Assembly: GCF_018389705.1 (NCBI RefSeq)
Contig: NZ_CP065581.1
Location: forward strand, 720,001 to 752,000
Origin: Mycoplasma mycoides subsp. capri
GTDB taxonomy: Bacteria > Bacillota_I > Bacilli_A > Mycoplasmatales > Mycoplasmataceae
Length of the DNA stretch: 32,000 nucleotides
Direction of reading: 5' to 3'
Notes under the pieces: generated by a model
Told to the model about the DNA's origin: nothing
Seen by the model: only the letters and a program-made list of their open reading frames with translations
Databases searched by the model: none
Program-made: the position numbers and the translations under genes
Shown here: positions 31,754 to 32,000 of the stretch, in pieces
Layout of the letters: every line of letters starts with the position of its first letter
Position numbering within the stretch: position 1 is the first letter of the stretch

Positions 31754-32000
31754 TTAAGATTCTAAAGAAGTTTTAATAATAAATCTTTTTTGTGGATAGA
31801 ATTTTGAAACTTCTTTATAGAAATTAATTTTGTCTTGTAAAGCTTGCATTTTTTTGTTGTGAAGTTTTGTTAATCTATCTTTACCAACAGAACCTTTTAA
31901 TGCAGCTTTTGCTAAATCGTGATTTTGTTTTTGAGTCTTTTTGAAATCAGATTTTAATTTTTGATATCTTAACTTATCATCATTAGTAAGTGACTGACTC
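31754..32000 (-). CDS. C-terminal 82 codons of an unidentified Lys-rich protein; its 5' end is beyond the right edge
   Basis: The minus-strand frame is open from the window edge to TAA (plus tta at 31754-31756). It reads ...KLRYQKLKSDFKKTQKQNHDLAKAALKGSVGKDRLTKLHNKKMQALQDKINFYKEVSKFYPQKRFIIKTSLES. The other two minus frames carry early stops. I cannot assign a function. Confidence 0.5.
   Translation of the reverse strand, partial: SQSLTNDDKLRYQKLKSDFKKTQKQNHDLAKAALKGSVGKDRLTKLHNKKMQALQDKINFYKEVSKFYPQKRFIIKTSLES

Noticed and set aside
1-32000. Search for tRNA, rRNA, CRISPR arrays, IS elements, integrases, toxin-antitoxin pairs or restriction-modification genes
   Set aside because: No GC-enriched structured segments, no spaced direct repeats, no transposase or recombinase-like ORFs and no small paired ORFs were found. 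All intergenic spacers are about 210 bp or less and are explained by promoters and terminators.

Overview
The window is a very AT-rich Mollicutes chromosome segment read with genetic code 4, where UGA encodes Trp. Gene content and order look like the Mycoplasma mycoides cluster or a close relative. This attribution is from memory, not a search.

The supplied ORF track used the standard code, so most genes appear as 2-5 same-frame fragments separated only by TGA. I re-joined them by reading the junctions codon by codon. That gives 27 CDS, 2 of them cut by the window edges, plus several clear hairpin/T-run terminators.

I found no rRNA, tRNA, CRISPR, IS/transposase, phage or restriction-modification genes.

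Most of the content is housekeeping:
- tsaE-tsaB
- a prpC-prkC-rsgA-rpe-thiamine pyrophosphokinase block, in the same order as the Bacillus subtilis ylo region
- valS, nadK, uvrC, greA and engB
- a P2-type cation ATPase and an APC-family permease

Items worth a second look:
1. An RNase J paralogue in which every canonical zinc-ligand histidine is substituted, so it is a likely pseudo-enzyme.
2. A stand-alone FtsK/SpoIIIE-type N-terminal membrane domain with no translocase motor.
3. Two about 75% identical SDR oxidoreductase paralogues in direct orientation, 7.85 kb apart, sharing a 55-nt perfectly identical tract and bracketing five genes.
4. A tightly coupled operon at 26396..31727. Three unknown proteins (one very acidic and soluble, two membrane-anchored with PH/GRAM-like C-terminal signatures) are fused by 2-nt, 1-nt and overlapping junctions to engB and the P-type ATPase.
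5. A 469-aa C-terminally anchored membrane protein apparently co-transcribed with a PASTA-less PrkC.
6. A 1773-aa double-FtsX ABC permease with no ATPase partner in the window.

Nothing here resembles a classical defence or mobile system. The novelty candidates are the unknown membrane-protein modules and the degenerate paralogues.
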